64,000 nt of DNA from Lama glama (Eukaryota), in contig CM052816.1 of the NCBI GenBank assembly GCA_028534125.1, forward strand, positions 69,442,001 through 69,506,000, in the 5' to 3' direction. Every line of letters starts with the position of its first letter. The first letter of the stretch is position 1. This document shows positions 36,403 through 48,700 of this stretch, in pieces. The notes below the pieces were generated by a model. The model did no database searches. It worked only from the letters and a program-made list of their open reading frames with translations, and was not told the origin of the DNA. The position numbers and the translations under genes are program-made.

Positions 36403-36800
36403 TAAAGATGCTCATGTACTCTTTGTACCAGTAATTGCATTGCTAGAAATTATCTCTAGGATGAAGAGATGTGATTTTATAAGCAAACATTCACTGCAAT
36501 ATTTATAACAGTAATATCTAAGAGAGGACTTGTTAACATAGTACATTTATACAATAGTCTTATGTAGCCATTAAACATTTATGAAGGGTTTCATGATACA
36601 GTGAACTTAATTGAGTGTGCATGATAAAAAAAAAACTAGTAAAGACAGTATTCTTCTGTGTTTTTATATATCAAATGAACAATAAAACAAGGAGTAGATG
36701 GAAATAGCCATTAATATGTTGGTTTTTCTGGATGGTAGAATTTGGGAGACTAAGTTGCAAAAATGCATTTCTGTTTTTGTTTCCTACAAGTAACATTTTA
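36403..36800 (+). mobile_element. Old L1 3' end (L1ME4-like)
   Basis: ctttgtaccagtaattgcattgctagaaattatc...tatgtagccattaaa...tctggatggtagaatt. Confidence 0.55.
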
Positions 36801-39713
36801 ACAAAAATTCCCTCCAAATTTGGCTAGCCAGCAGTCTTAAAGAAATTGTAAAGTATAGACTGTCAAAAGAATTTCTCCTTGTTTTTGACAAGCAACAGTC
36901 ATGGCCTCTTCAAAACCTGTGTAGTAATGCAACTGCCTCATGAGTTAATACATGTTTTCTTAGGCATCTGGAAGAGGGCCCTTACCGAGAGCAAAGGCAG
37001 TACTACATTAATGAGATCATGTTATTCAAGACTGCAGCCTGTTACTTGGCAGATAGTGGGGAAGGTTGAATGAATGTAATTCAAACCTCTCTACACTTCT
37101 TTAAAAGCATGTATTGGGGGTGATTACTTATGCCAACTATCAGCTAAGAACAGCTTCAGGTAGCAGGTAGTGTATTATCTGTTCATATCAACATAATCAA
37201 GTTAGCCTCTTTCCCCTGCACAAGAGTGGACACATTAGCATCCCAGGTTAACACACAGCTGGAAAAATGCGCTTCATGTGGAGTTCTGAAGCGTCAGGGT
37301 TTTTACAAGGATCCTTTTTCAAAAGGCAATATGATTCTTTTAATACATTTCACTGAATACAAAGTTTTCCTTGGTGCCAGTCAGAATGAATATGCAAATG
37401 GTGTGGAATGGGGTGAGTGCAGCCTTTGGAACTTTGAAAAGTTCATTTCCTTGCTTATTCATTCTCAGAGGAAGCATGAACTATGTTTAGCCTGATGACC
37501 TTCTGTTCACGATTCTTTTTCTCTAAGGTTAGCTTTAAAGAAAGGCAGGAGCTAGCTGCTCCTGAGCGGTGATCTTCCCTTGCATAAAAACTCACAGGCC
37601 TCTCAAGAGCGTTTATAGGTTAGACAATGGACCAAAAGTTGTCTCTTTGCTAACTCTAGCCCTTTATTCTTATTTGCAATGTGTTTATCCATAGAGAGAA
37701 AGAAAGAAAAAAATTCAAATAGTTTCTTGTCCATTTGAATTACTTTTGCTAGCAAGTTTGAGATGCCTTTAACTTCTGCAGTTAGTTTGGACCAGTTGTG
37801 CTATAGGTTTATAGTGGATCGTCACCTCCAGAAGCCAGGTCAAAATCTCTAATAAACCTATATGTGTTGACTTCACAGCATGCCAATAACAATCAAAGTT
37901 GGATCTAATGGTTTGAAGCTATTGAGTCTAGTTAGCTCCTACACAGACAAAAACTCATGTAATTTCTTCATAAGTATAATGTCTTACTTACACATATACC
38001 ATTGTCTGTAAATTGATTAACAAAATCAAGCTCTGTACTGAGTGTGTATATATTTATAGGCCTTTAGTTTAAAAAAAAGAACCCTCTGGCCATAAGAATG
38101 CTCATTTTGCAGCGAAAGAAACAAGTTCAGAGAGATGGGATGGGATGCTCCAAATCACATGGATCACCAATCTGGAGCCCCCTCTAAAGAGCTACACTCC
38201 CTTCTGGGTTATCTGCACCTCTAGGGTGAATTCCATTGTTATCTCACAGAAATGTTTCAGCAGCCTCAGGTAAGCTTATTTGATGGAAATCTGTTCCTAA
38301 GGATACAAAAAAGGAAGGTGCCAAGTTAGGGGGAAAATAAAGCTTCAATCTTTAAAACAACAGTTATATACAGTCAGGCAGTCTCTTCAGAAAGATTTCA
38401 GTTGATCAAGTTTGACTCTAAACGTTATTGTAAGGAAGCCCTAATTATTAACACAGGTGAGAGCCATCCCTCATCCTTCTCAAAGGCTGGGTGGTGGGGG
38501 TGGTGGCACTTCAGTCACCTGAGCCTAATAAGATAGGTGTGTCTGGCATTGCTAGTTGTTCATAGCCTGAATCTTCAAAAAAAAAAAAAAAAGCGTGGAG
38601 TGTGCCTATCCCGGTTTTTGGTCTGATTCAGGGTACCCCACTTGCAAGCCTAACGCAATATTGAAATCCCAACACCAATTTCCACATTATTGACCAGGAA
38701 ACGCACGTCTCAAGTGCACCTGCTTATAGATACTTCTACCTTTTATAATGACATTGGGTCACAAACACTATTACTCAGGTCTTCTGAGAACGCTTCTTTA
38801 TTGCTCATTTTCTTCAGGAGCAATAGATTTGTGCACAGTGTAACTGGCCACAAAGCCAGCAAAGAACTGATCAGCTGATGCTTCCCGAGTGTCTCAAGTC
38901 TACAGAGTCCCTTAACTTTTTTTTCTTTCCCTCTCACCACGGTGGCGAGCAAATTCCCCTGGGACAATCTAGCCTTCTGATAAAAGGGAGCCTCCTGAGT
39001 TACCTCTGGCCACGCGGGGCGGGGGGGGGGGGCTTCTATATACCCCCAGGAATGTCAGGCTGGAGGGTGTCCGTCTTCGCAGCTTCATATTCTGAAGTTG
39101 GGGAGGGGTCGTCCCCGAGTCACAGGCTTGCCAGTTCAGAGTACCCAATCACACTTTCCAATCACTCCTACGGTACCGTCTCGAGGCCACAGGGCCTTAG
39201 GGAAACCGCTAGCGAGAGGGGAATTAAGTATCGGTGGCTACCACGCCTCCCACGTTTCAGCTCTAGGTTCCTACTGGGGAGTTGGGAGGAAACACTAAGG
39301 CTCTCCAGCACTGGAGCCCTAGTTCGGCTCCGATCTACCCAACTTGGAGGCTACGGAAGCACACAGAACTCGGGCGGTGGCAGCACCAGCCGATTTTCCG
39401 CTTTTCCCGGCTAGCTCTTCCGCTCGCGCCTCCCCAGCCCCCGCCCCTCCGCCCTCCTCACAGGAACCAGCGCCCTCGCTGCTCCCGCGCTTCTCCCCGG
39501 CCACCCGCAGTGGCCTGCCTTTTATAGGCGCCGCAGCCAATGAGCGCTCTGCTTTCCTTCTGCCCGCCCGCCCGGCCAATCGCCGCGCCCCTTGTGTAAT
39601 CTTCGGCCCCTCGGCTGCTGTCGGCTATTTTCGTTGTTGCTGGCTTTTTCAGGGGCTGCTCGCTCGCAGCCAGAGACGCTGGTTTTTTTTTTCCGGGTTC
39701 GGAGCCGTTCCGG

Positions 39714-39722
39714 ATGCTTTAG
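39714..39722 (+). promoter_or_regulatory. Minimal upstream ORF (ATG CTT TAG) in the presumed ARL15 5' UTR
   Basis: Read directly; the stop ends 8 nt before the main ATG. Assumes the TSS lies upstream of 39714. Confidence 0.65.
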
Positions 39723-39730
39723 GCTGCCGG

Positions 39731-39778
39731 ATGTCTGATCTCAGGATAACTGAGGCGTTTCTGTACATGGATTATCTG
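39731..39778 (+). CDS. ARL15: ADP-ribosylation factor-like GTPase 15, coding exon 1 (16 codons, partial CDS)
   Basis: Translates MSDLRITEAFLYMDYL, the N-terminus of mammalian ARL15 as I recall it (continues CFRALCCKGPP in exon 2); followed by a CTG|GTAGGT donor in phase 0; lies in a CpG island. Confidence 0.95.
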
Positions 39779-42700
39779 GTAGGTGCGGGGCAGGGGTGGC
39801 GTGTCGCCTTTCGGACCTCGACGTGCCCGTTGTCCCTCCGCCTGGAGGAACAGCCTTTTTGCTTTCTTTCTTTGGGATGGGATGCCTTTGAGGTTCTATC
39901 TCCCGTAGCCTGCTCTAGAGCTGTGCCGGGACTCGGAGGGGCGGCAGCCGAGACGGCGGGGCCGCAGGTCCGCGGGGGCGGTGGAGCTGACAGGTAAAGG
40001 TGTGGCCCGGGTCAGCGGTGCTGCGGGGCGAGGGTCGCACAGGGTCTCCCTGAGAGATGGGGCCGCGGCGGCGGGGCGTCCCCTGACCGCCGTCGGGTTC
40101 TTTGCTTTTCTGTGCGCTCCTGCAAAGGACTTTCTTTCGGAGGAAGCAGGAGTTTTTCCTCTCTGACTTTAGCAGAACTCCAGGTACTATTAAAGAGCCA
40201 TAACCAGAATGGCTTACTAAGTGCCCGGCAGCTCCGGTCATTTGGTTGTTATTAGATCTCTAAAGCTATGACCTCGGTCGCGGCGGGGTTTTAAAAGCAT
40301 ATTACCATGAAGTAGACGGGACTAAACTGCACCGCAGCCCGGCTAGAACAGGACTGGTAGGGGCAGGCATTGCCTCACCGTTCCTGCTGTGGGCGCATGC
40401 CGCTTTTACCCTGCGCACAGATTGGCTCTTACTTGTGCTTTTAGGCCAGGCTTGTGCTGAGAAGTTGAGATGAGAAAAGTACCAGCACAATGCTGGGACT
40501 GAATGTAACTTTAAAAATGGACTTGTGTGTGTAATTATGCAAGCACCATGTATTGTTCCAGAAATTATATTTCCCCAGAGATGCTTGTTTGTGTCCACGG
40601 GGATCCTCATTGACATCGGCTGTGTTCGATCCTAAACAATTACCAGGTTTAACCTGTTAGCCGGAATCGCTACTGCATTGTAGAGTTGAAGTAGATGGTT
40701 AAAACACTGACCGTCCTGTCGTCTTGTTGAACACATGCAGTTTGGTTTCTGACTGCAGATTGGCCTGGCAGGGATTTGCCAGTGCCTTCTAGGAATCACA
40801 CTTAATGCTGTACTGAGAAAGATTGTGACAGCTTCTATGATCAGGAAACGCTGGACAAGGACTGGCTTTGTAATGCTCTCTTGTATTTGGGGTTAATTTT
40901 AGTTTATAGAAAGGAACTGCTTCCCCTAAACCTTCATGGTTTGATGGTCTTGTGGGGAGGGGTGCTGACTGCAGTTAATGCATGACCTTGTGAACGGAGG
41001 GGAGTCAAAAATTCTGGGTTCAAGTTCTGTTTTGCTCATTCCCTGGTGTCAGTAACTTCCTCTATCTTTGTGATAAATGGACATTATCCGCCCACTACTG
41101 GACCTGGTTAAGGGGTTTATCTGATTAGGAGCATTCTTTAAAATGCAGAGTGCCAAAGTGTAGGTAAAGAGAGTTGCCAAATGTTTCTTAAATATTATTT
41201 TCTGAATTAAGTAACTGATTATTTTGTAGCTTATCTTAAAATACAGTACTATGGTTTTGTCTTGGAGTTTGCCAGAATTAAAGTCAAAGTTTGTTGAGGA
41301 TAATTACTGAGTAGGAAAGGGTTACATTACCTATACTATTGAAATGTAATTTTGGATACTTAATTAGTAGTTCCTTGAGAGGAAGTCATATAGTTCTGAT
41401 CGTTTTATTATTTTCTGTATTTCCTGAGTGGATTATAAATCTGCAAATTGCATCACATTGCTGTCTTTGAGGTGCCAAACCCACTAACGCAGTTAGTGGG
41501 AAAAAAAAATTGAAGACTCTGGTTAATTACTCAGGCTAATTTCTGGATGGAGAGTCCAAGGATGGGTGGATGAATGTTTGTGGGGCTCTGGGTTTCCTTA
41601 AAAGCGGATTAACTTTGTCAATTTACTAACAGTTTTTGTGTAAAAAAATCAGTGGGTCCCAAATTTGACAGGTCTTTTTTGTTTTACCTGCCACTCCTCC
41701 ACATATCCTATGCGTTCCTATTTTTTAAAAACTCATTATTTTGCCAGCTTAACTATGCTTTTTAAAAAAATTCATAACTGCAGTGAAACAGTCCCATAAA
41801 AATCATTTTGCTCATCATTGGCAGTGAGAAAAAAGCTCTTAAAGGAAATAATTCAGTTCTTATGAGAGTGCCAAGTATCTGCTGCAAAAAGACTTCAGGA
41901 AATCCTTAAATATTAAGGGAAAAAACCCTCCTTAGGTGGTCTTTTTGTTTACTTTTTGCTTATCAGCTCTCAGAGAAAATGATGTTCCATGTTATTCCTT
42001 TCAGCTTGCCTTTTGTATGGACTTCGTTTGCTTGTACATAATCTTTATCTGGTGTTTATTAAAAACCAGTTTCTAAAAAATGAAAATCAGTTTTGTTATC
42101 TGGGATACTATTTTAAAAATCAATTCCCAAGTTCTTTTACTCATCTGTCAGAGAAAACAGGCTCCTTTCATTCCAACTTGGACTCTTCAGATTTTGCTGA
42201 GCTTGTGGACTAGAGTGAGAGCCCTGTCCGTGCACTTGACGGGAATAATGTGTGTGCCATCTTCTCTTCTTTTTAATCAGTGTTTGACTTTTCTTGTTGC
42301 TGTTGGAAGCTAGAAGAGGGAGTTGTGTGTGAGTCTGTATTGTCCATTGTTCTGTGAACTGGATGTCATCACTTAACCTTTTTTATTTGGAGGGGAGTGC
42401 AAAGGAAGAGAAATGACAGAAAGTCAGAGATGCTATTTTTAACAGCTTTTAATAAAGACTGGGGATATTAAAACAGATGATGAAGCTCTCTGATCTTAGA
42501 GGCTGCTGTGGATTTCTTAAATGCTCTCAGTTAGAAGTGACAGATAAGGTGAAGGATAGTGCCTTAATATTTAAGACAGTTTTTAATATCAGTTTAGGGA
42601 AATAGCAGTAATTTGCTTCTCCTTAATAATTATATGTATCACCCTGTGCCCAGTCTTTATTTGTTAAATTGAATGAACATGAGACAGGACAATTTTTTTC

Positions 42701-44591
42701 TCTCCAGCTTCTAAACTAAGACAAGATAAAATCTGTTTGGATTAGGTGTTTGGCTCTGGGGAATGCAAAATGTATCTTTTCTTCTTAACTTTTAAGTTTC
42801 TCAAGATATTATCTGTTTAGCCTCGGTGGCAATTTAAATATAAAAATCTCAGTTTTCTAGTTGAAGAGGGAATCTCCATGGCCCGCCGCATACCTTTTTC
42901 CCATTTTCATGATGGGCTTCAAAGGCCATGTTCACTTCTGTCAGATCTGTGGGTAGCTATTTTGCTGCTATTCCAACAGGCAGTACCAGCATCTCTCTCT
43001 CCCTCTCTCCTGACAGGTGGAACTAGTAAGACAATGCGTGGAGCTTTTTGAATAAGGTAGAAGAAAACAGTCATGTTATAATGAAAGAGAAAAACATGTC
43101 TACCAGGTTTTCCTGAAAGGTTGGACAAGGTCAATTCTAGATTCCTTTCCGTTAAAAGTTCTTTGTGTCCTGGCTCAGGTTGGTTGGTCTGAATTTCACC
43201 TTTTTCTCCCTTCTGCCATCAAAATAACAGCAATGAAATTTATTAGGCTTTGTGTAATGCTTATAATGATTGCATGAGATGTGGTTTATAAACCGCATAT
43301 TGCTTTTCAGAGGCAGAATGTTAAGGTACTATGGTTACATGGCTGATGTTATTCTTACACCTTCTGTGTGTTGGCTATTATTGCTCAGTGGTAAATACTG
43401 GACTATGTTTTAAATTAGTCTCAGAGTATGGAAAGATATAGAGTGTAATCAGCAAGCTAGGAAGTCACAAGACTCTCTTGAGGGTTGTTTAATACCTATA
43501 AAACTGAAACCACACTCTGATATTTTCCTTAATCCATTAAGCAAATATTTCTGGAACCCCTGCTTTGTGCATGACCCTGAAAGTCATGATGGGTGAGCCC
43601 CCAGCTGGGTTGTCCTTGGCTGCAGGACCAGCAGGCAGGTGGCTCTACAGGAACCTGTGGCAGGACAGGTTAGAGAGGCCTGTTGGGGAGGAGGCACTTC
43701 TCATGTGCTCCTTGGCTTTCTGGTAGGTTTCTCTTGTATGCATTTCTTTGTTTTATTGTGCACTAACATGCAAACTTGCTTGAAAATGTGACAACTAAAA
43801 GTGCTTCATTAGTTTTGGGTACTTGCTTGTCAGATAATGATCGTTGCTTGTGTATGCTGGGTTTGGAATTTAATAAGACAGGGTTCTAAGTTTCTTCCTT
43901 GTATAGGCTGGTGAATCTGGCCTACTTTCTTGATGACAGGCTATACCCGTCATAAAAAATTGTGTGTCAACAGCGAAGATCAGGTGAGAGAAGGCAGATG
44001 GATCAGCACAAATCCATCGCCATTTGCAGGATAAAAATCAACTCATGAGCCAATCAAGAACAGAAACTTGTGATATACACAGAGCCCTTAGGTGCTACTA
44101 AGTTGTAAATGAGTCCTTTTGAAAAGAGGAGTGGAGGCACTTTTGTGACTTCATCTGATGTTCTGTGTCTTAAAAATGTGCTGTTTTTAACCCTGAATAA
44201 CCCTGAATGACTGTGAACATTACAACTTGTGTGTTGTGACTGTGATCAAACTGACCATAAAGTAATGACATAGGCCAAACATTTTTTAGTCTTAACTGCA
44301 GCTGGATTAGTCATTCACGTAAATATTCTTTTATTAACAAATCATAAGAATAATGGGAACACAGTTCTCATAGCAAAAAGTTTTAAAAGCATCCAGACCA
44401 TTAGGCAGGAACTTTAGATATGAAGGCGGTAACTCTGGTACTCGACTTTCTGTTGTTCCAGTCTTGGAGCGTTGAGTCCCAGGACAGGACACAGAGACAT
44501 GGTTCACGTCCTCTAGGACTTGCATTCTGAAGGACTCCTAAGCCACTGCTGTGGGCGGGGGAGATTAAGCATATGAATTATGAGGGTAAGA

Positions 44592-44760
44592 TCAGTTAAC
44601 ATTTATTGAGCACTTACTGCATGCCAGATCATGTAAGTGCTTTCCACGTGTTAGGCATTAAACCAAGGCTCAGAGAAGTTGTGTAATTTCCCCCAGTTCA
44701 CACAGCTAACAAGTAATAGAGCTGAGATTGTGGCCTTAGAACCCTTCCTGTTCGCCACCT
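44592..44760 (-). mobile_element. MIR, internally deleted
   Basis: taacatttattgagcacttactgcatgccag...aggctcagagaagtt...cacacagctaacaagtaatagagctgagatt. Confidence 0.8.
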
Positions 44761-45564
44761 TCATTCCAGCTTGGTGTTAAAGCTGTTGGAATGCAGTTGA
44801 CATTTTTACAGTGTATTTCATGTAAATACTCTGCTACTGCTTGAGTAAAGAAACCAGGGCCCGGGAGCAGGCTAACTGGCATTCCCACGTGCTCGAGGGC
44901 TTGGCTCTCCTATTTAAATGACTGTTAAAAGAGAAGGCTGGAAAGACAACTGTGTTGTGTCCTGAGTCTCCTGCCCTATGATGTCCTGACTCTGGTCACT
45001 GAGGTGAGCTTTAGCATCTGATGTTGTCAAGTGACCACAAGTGGGTTTCCAGACGACCCTGGTACTTCGCCCCCTAGTGCCACTTCAGGGGCACCTTCAG
45101 AGCCACAAGCCCCAGTTGTCTTCTGAAGTGGTCCCTGAGACTCTTGTTTATTGGAAGTTGGCTGTGTTCCTTAACCAGATGCTGCCTGGGAAGTGGGGCT
45201 GAGCCCAGCAACGCTTGGTCCCAAGTAGACATTTGCTTATGGATTTCACTTGGGCAAAGTCTCCTGATGACATTAATTCTGAAGGGTTTGTTTTTGAGGT
45301 AGACTAGAAGGAAGGAAGGATTTTTAGGGAGGGTCTGGTAACTGCATCTTGCTTAACAAGAAAATCATTTTCTCCTGATATTTCTCACAAATGGAGTTAA
45401 TGACAGGCTTTTCTTTTGGAGCCTGCAGCCCCCCTAGTTATGCTGTGGCTCTGCCCTGGCGTCTCTCCAAATGCTTCTGATACTTGAATGAGTCTCAGAA
45501 GCCCAGTTTTCAGTGACCCTCATTTCTGAGTATCTGCAAAGGGTTTGAGCACATTTACTTCTGG

Positions 45565-45732
45565 CAGGGCTGGCTTCAAGGGCATGTGGCCATGGGGCCT
45601 GTGCTTAGAATGGCTCTCATACTTGGCTTAATGCTGCGGTTACCATCTTGAAACTTAATTTGAAGAACTTTGTAAATGTTTTCATCATCTGAATCTATAA
45701 ACTGCATCAGTGCAAGGTACTCTGCTGTCCTG
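45565..45732. mobile_element. MER45-like hAT-Tip100 DNA transposon
   Basis: cagggctggcttcaagggcatgtg...gcttagaatggc...cttggcttaatgct...ccatcttgaaa; ends gtcctg. Confidence 0.7.
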
Positions 45733-45779
45733 ATGATCATTTTATCGCCAGTATTGGGTCTGATGCCTGGTAAATAGGG

Positions 45780-46030
45780 AACTGTGTACCAAGTACAGTG
45801 CAAAGTGTTTTACTTGCTTCACATGATTTAATCCTCCCAACAATCCTGTTAACCAGAGACTACTGATTTACGCAAGACTAACTGACTTAGAAGAGAGGGA
45901 ACTTGAGGCTCTGGGAGGCGGAGCATTGACCCAGATCACGTAACCAGTGGAGTGTCAGGGCTAGGGAATGAGCCTAGCTTGGTGGATTTGAAGTCCATTC
46001 CAGTAAGCATTGTTCAGTACTGCCTGCCCA
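45780..46030 (-). mobile_element. MIR
   Basis: atttaatcctcccaacaatcctgt...gaggg aacttgaggctc core motifs. Confidence 0.65.
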
Positions 46031-47084
46031 GTGATCATTATAGTTGAGGGCCTGAGTAAGAGGGGCCATGGATCAGACACAGGGCTCAGAATTGAGAGGC
46101 CACTTGATGGCTGCTGTCACCTGGTCACCTGGGAGAAGCCCTCCTGGGAACTCAGTGACAGCCCTGCTCCAGTTGGGGAAAGTGTGTGAATTTGTATCTT
46201 AAGGTGAGAGAGTTTGCTCACTGATTTTGCTTTCCTTTGTTTATCCACTCTGTCCTTCACCCTTGTGCATAAGCATTGGTGCCCGGCTCTTTGGCTCACA
46301 GCCAAACCAAGTAGATGGTTTACTGACCTTTAGAAGTAGGGCTCCAATGGACAAGGGAGTGGAGGTGTGTGTCAAGCATCAGAATGAATTTAACTTAAGA
46401 ACAAGCTGCCACTGACCCCAACCAAACCCCAAATTCCAGCCAGAGGCCTATTAGAAATAAATACAGGTTGTAGTATCAATTTTACAAAGTTGTGCCACTT
46501 AACACTGTTAAACCTAATCAATCCAAATTAAAGCTAAGCATGCTCCCATTACTAGTTTGATCCTCACCGTATCCCATCTTTATGAAGGCTCCATGTCGTA
46601 GCTCAGCTCATGGTGGGGGAAGGGGGACTTCCAAGTTCTCAAAAGGAGCCACCCTAAATCCTCTGTCCAAACCTTTCTTTACCCTGCCCTCCTGCTTCCC
46701 ATCCTGAGACAAGTCGGTCTTACCAAGGAGGTAGGACTTGCACCATTGTCTCACGGAAGTTATGCCAGATTTTAATAGTAACTCGTCAACTGAAGAGTTG
46801 GATTTGCAGAACAGTCTCATTTATCAAGTTCCTTTGTACCTAGATTTGCTGGCAACACTTCTGACTTCTGGATTGCTTCACTCAGGACTGGGGATTTCTA
46901 TCCTAGCAGTTGTGCCCATGTCTCCCTCAGAGGGATCCCCAGGGGCTCTTTTCAACAGGATAGCTGCTTCTCCAGCCTCTCTGGGGGAGCCGTCCCATGA
47001 CCACTAATTGAGGCCCAGAAGGGCTACACCTGTTCCCCATCAATCTACAGATGGAATTGGGGGCTAAAATGATATACAGTTCTT

Positions 47085-47460
47085 GCAATGTTTTATTTTT
47101 GATAAATACAGGTATTCAGAGACGTGAAGAAAATAAGAAAACACTTCTGTGTACCTGCTTCCCCGATTGAAGTTACTACATTTTGCCAATTTAACTTAAG
47201 AATTCTGGTGCTCTTTTAAAAAAACAAAGGAAACTCTAAGGTGAGAGCCTTGTGCTCCTCCTTGCTTTCTTCTTCCACCCTCCTCAGTGGTGACAGCTGT
47301 CCCAATGCTAGTGGGGATCATTCTCGTGTATGTTTTTGTATTTTGATTGTCTTTACATGTATACATAAACAATATATAGTATTGAGTATGTAGCACTCTT
47401 CTTGAAACTTGTTTTATTTCTCTAATTTTAAGATTGATGTTATTGTATATATTAGTAGAT
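47085..47460 (-). mobile_element. Old L1 3' UTR fragment (L1ME-like)
   Basis: cctcagtggtgacagctgtcccaat...tacatgtatacataaacaatatatagtattg...tttaagattgatg. Confidence 0.5.
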
Positions 47461-48119
47461 ATTTGTTTTATATTTCCAGTTTGGATATTATAATTTCTGG
47501 TTTTATATGTAGAGATCTTATTTGGATTTTGTGAGAAGCCCAAAGAAGAGAATAGGTGTTGGTTTTGAAGCGTGATTTTGTGTGTGTTTCCTTGTTTTCA
47601 GTATGACACAATGAGCCATATAACGTTAGTGAAACATTATTATGTGCATTTCAGTCTTTGATTCATCAGTTTGTTTTACAGTTTACAACATTTTGTAATC
47701 TTATTAGCACAGGTACATGTACATATATATTCTTGCCTGTGTAAGGAATGAGATTATTTTCATAACATTATTATTCAAGTAAAAGCACAGTGAAGCTATT
47801 TGGAAAGCACAGCAAAGCACAATGGAAAAAATACATATCTGTAATCCAAACAACCCACAGAGAACCAGTTAATATTTCTCAACCCTGCATTATAATGAAG
47901 ATAAAATCTTATAACTTACTTTTACACTTATAAATGTTTAAATTTTAAGTTTCTCTTCTGCAATATTAATTTTCTGCATTATACCCATAAACCAGTTTTC
48001 TTAACTAATCAACTTTTCATTGAATATTTAATGTTCCAATTTTTGTTTATGTTATAAGTAATGCTGCAATGGCCATTCCATATAAACTCTTGGTTATTTT
48101 AGGATAGTGTATTGTAAGG

Positions 48120-48330
48120 ATCAGTTCTATGGTACTTTTATGAGTCTTACTACAAAAAGGTTTCAAAGCCAAATAAGTTTGGAAACTGGGTCAAACAAAG
48201 CTAAACAAGTCTCTTTATTGTACAGCCTTTAATATGCAAGTGTACATGGTGAGTCTGTAAAAGGGAGATTATTACATGCAGTGCTTCTATTCCTTTGGAG
48301 TATTTGTATGATCAAGTTCTAGAAGTAGAT
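48120..48330. mobile_element. MER103C-like hAT-Charlie fragment
   Basis: caaataagtttggaaactgggtcaaacaaagctaaacaagtctctttattg...gcctttaatatgc. Confidence 0.65.
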
Positions 48331-48374
48331 TATGTAGAATCAAAAGATGCTTGCATTTTAAAGCTTTGATATGT

Positions 48375-48700
48375 TGGTTAAATAAGTTAATATTTGTATT
48401 GCACTTAGAACTGTGCCTGGATATACTCAGCTGCTGTTAAGTCAAGTTATATTATAATACAGTTGGTGATAATGATGATAATGAATACTTATTGAGAATT
48501 TACTCTGTCCTAGATTCTGCAGGAAGTGCTTCATAGGCACTCACCGTTTGTTTAGTCCTTTCAGCAACCCCCTGAGAGGTGTAGGAAGTAGTATTCCTGT
48601 TTTATGGCTGAGGAAACTGAGGGTCAGGAGGAACTGAGTGTAATCACAACGGCCTTAGTTGTTATGAGGGTTGGTGACAGACACATCTGTAATCTTAATC
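48375..48700. mobile_element. Two MIRs tail-to-tail
   Basis: gcacttagaactgtgcctgg (sense tail), then acttattgagaatttactctgt...ttttatggctgaggaaactgaggg (antisense). Confidence 0.7.

Larger units (their letters stand above)
38940..40420. promoter_or_regulatory. ARL15: CpG island / ARL15 promoter
   Basis: Sharp rise in GC and CpG; GC boxes (CCCCGCCCC 39439-39447, GCCCGCCCGCCC 39562-39573); CCAAT boxes at 39145, 39158, 39537 and 39576; spans exon 1. Confidence 0.92.

Noticed and set aside
38878..39414. 178-aa ORF upstream of ARL15
   Set aside because: Gly/Ser/Arg-rich translation of CpG-island DNA through a G12 run; no recognisable domain.
39518..39528. SRF CArG box
   Set aside because: CC-W7-GG has seven A/T bases, not six; it reads better as a minus-strand TATA box.
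39344..39997. 217-aa ORF as a single-exon gene or N-terminally extended ARL15
   Set aside because: Starts at TTG in the promoter and reads through a canonical donor; only 16 codons match ARL15. Long open frames are expected in GC-rich islands.
46738..47007. 89-aa intronic ORF and other 60-160-aa ORFs in the track
   Set aside because: Mostly non-ATG starts, no recognisable homology or exon structure, many inside repeats; their number looks like chance for 64 kb.
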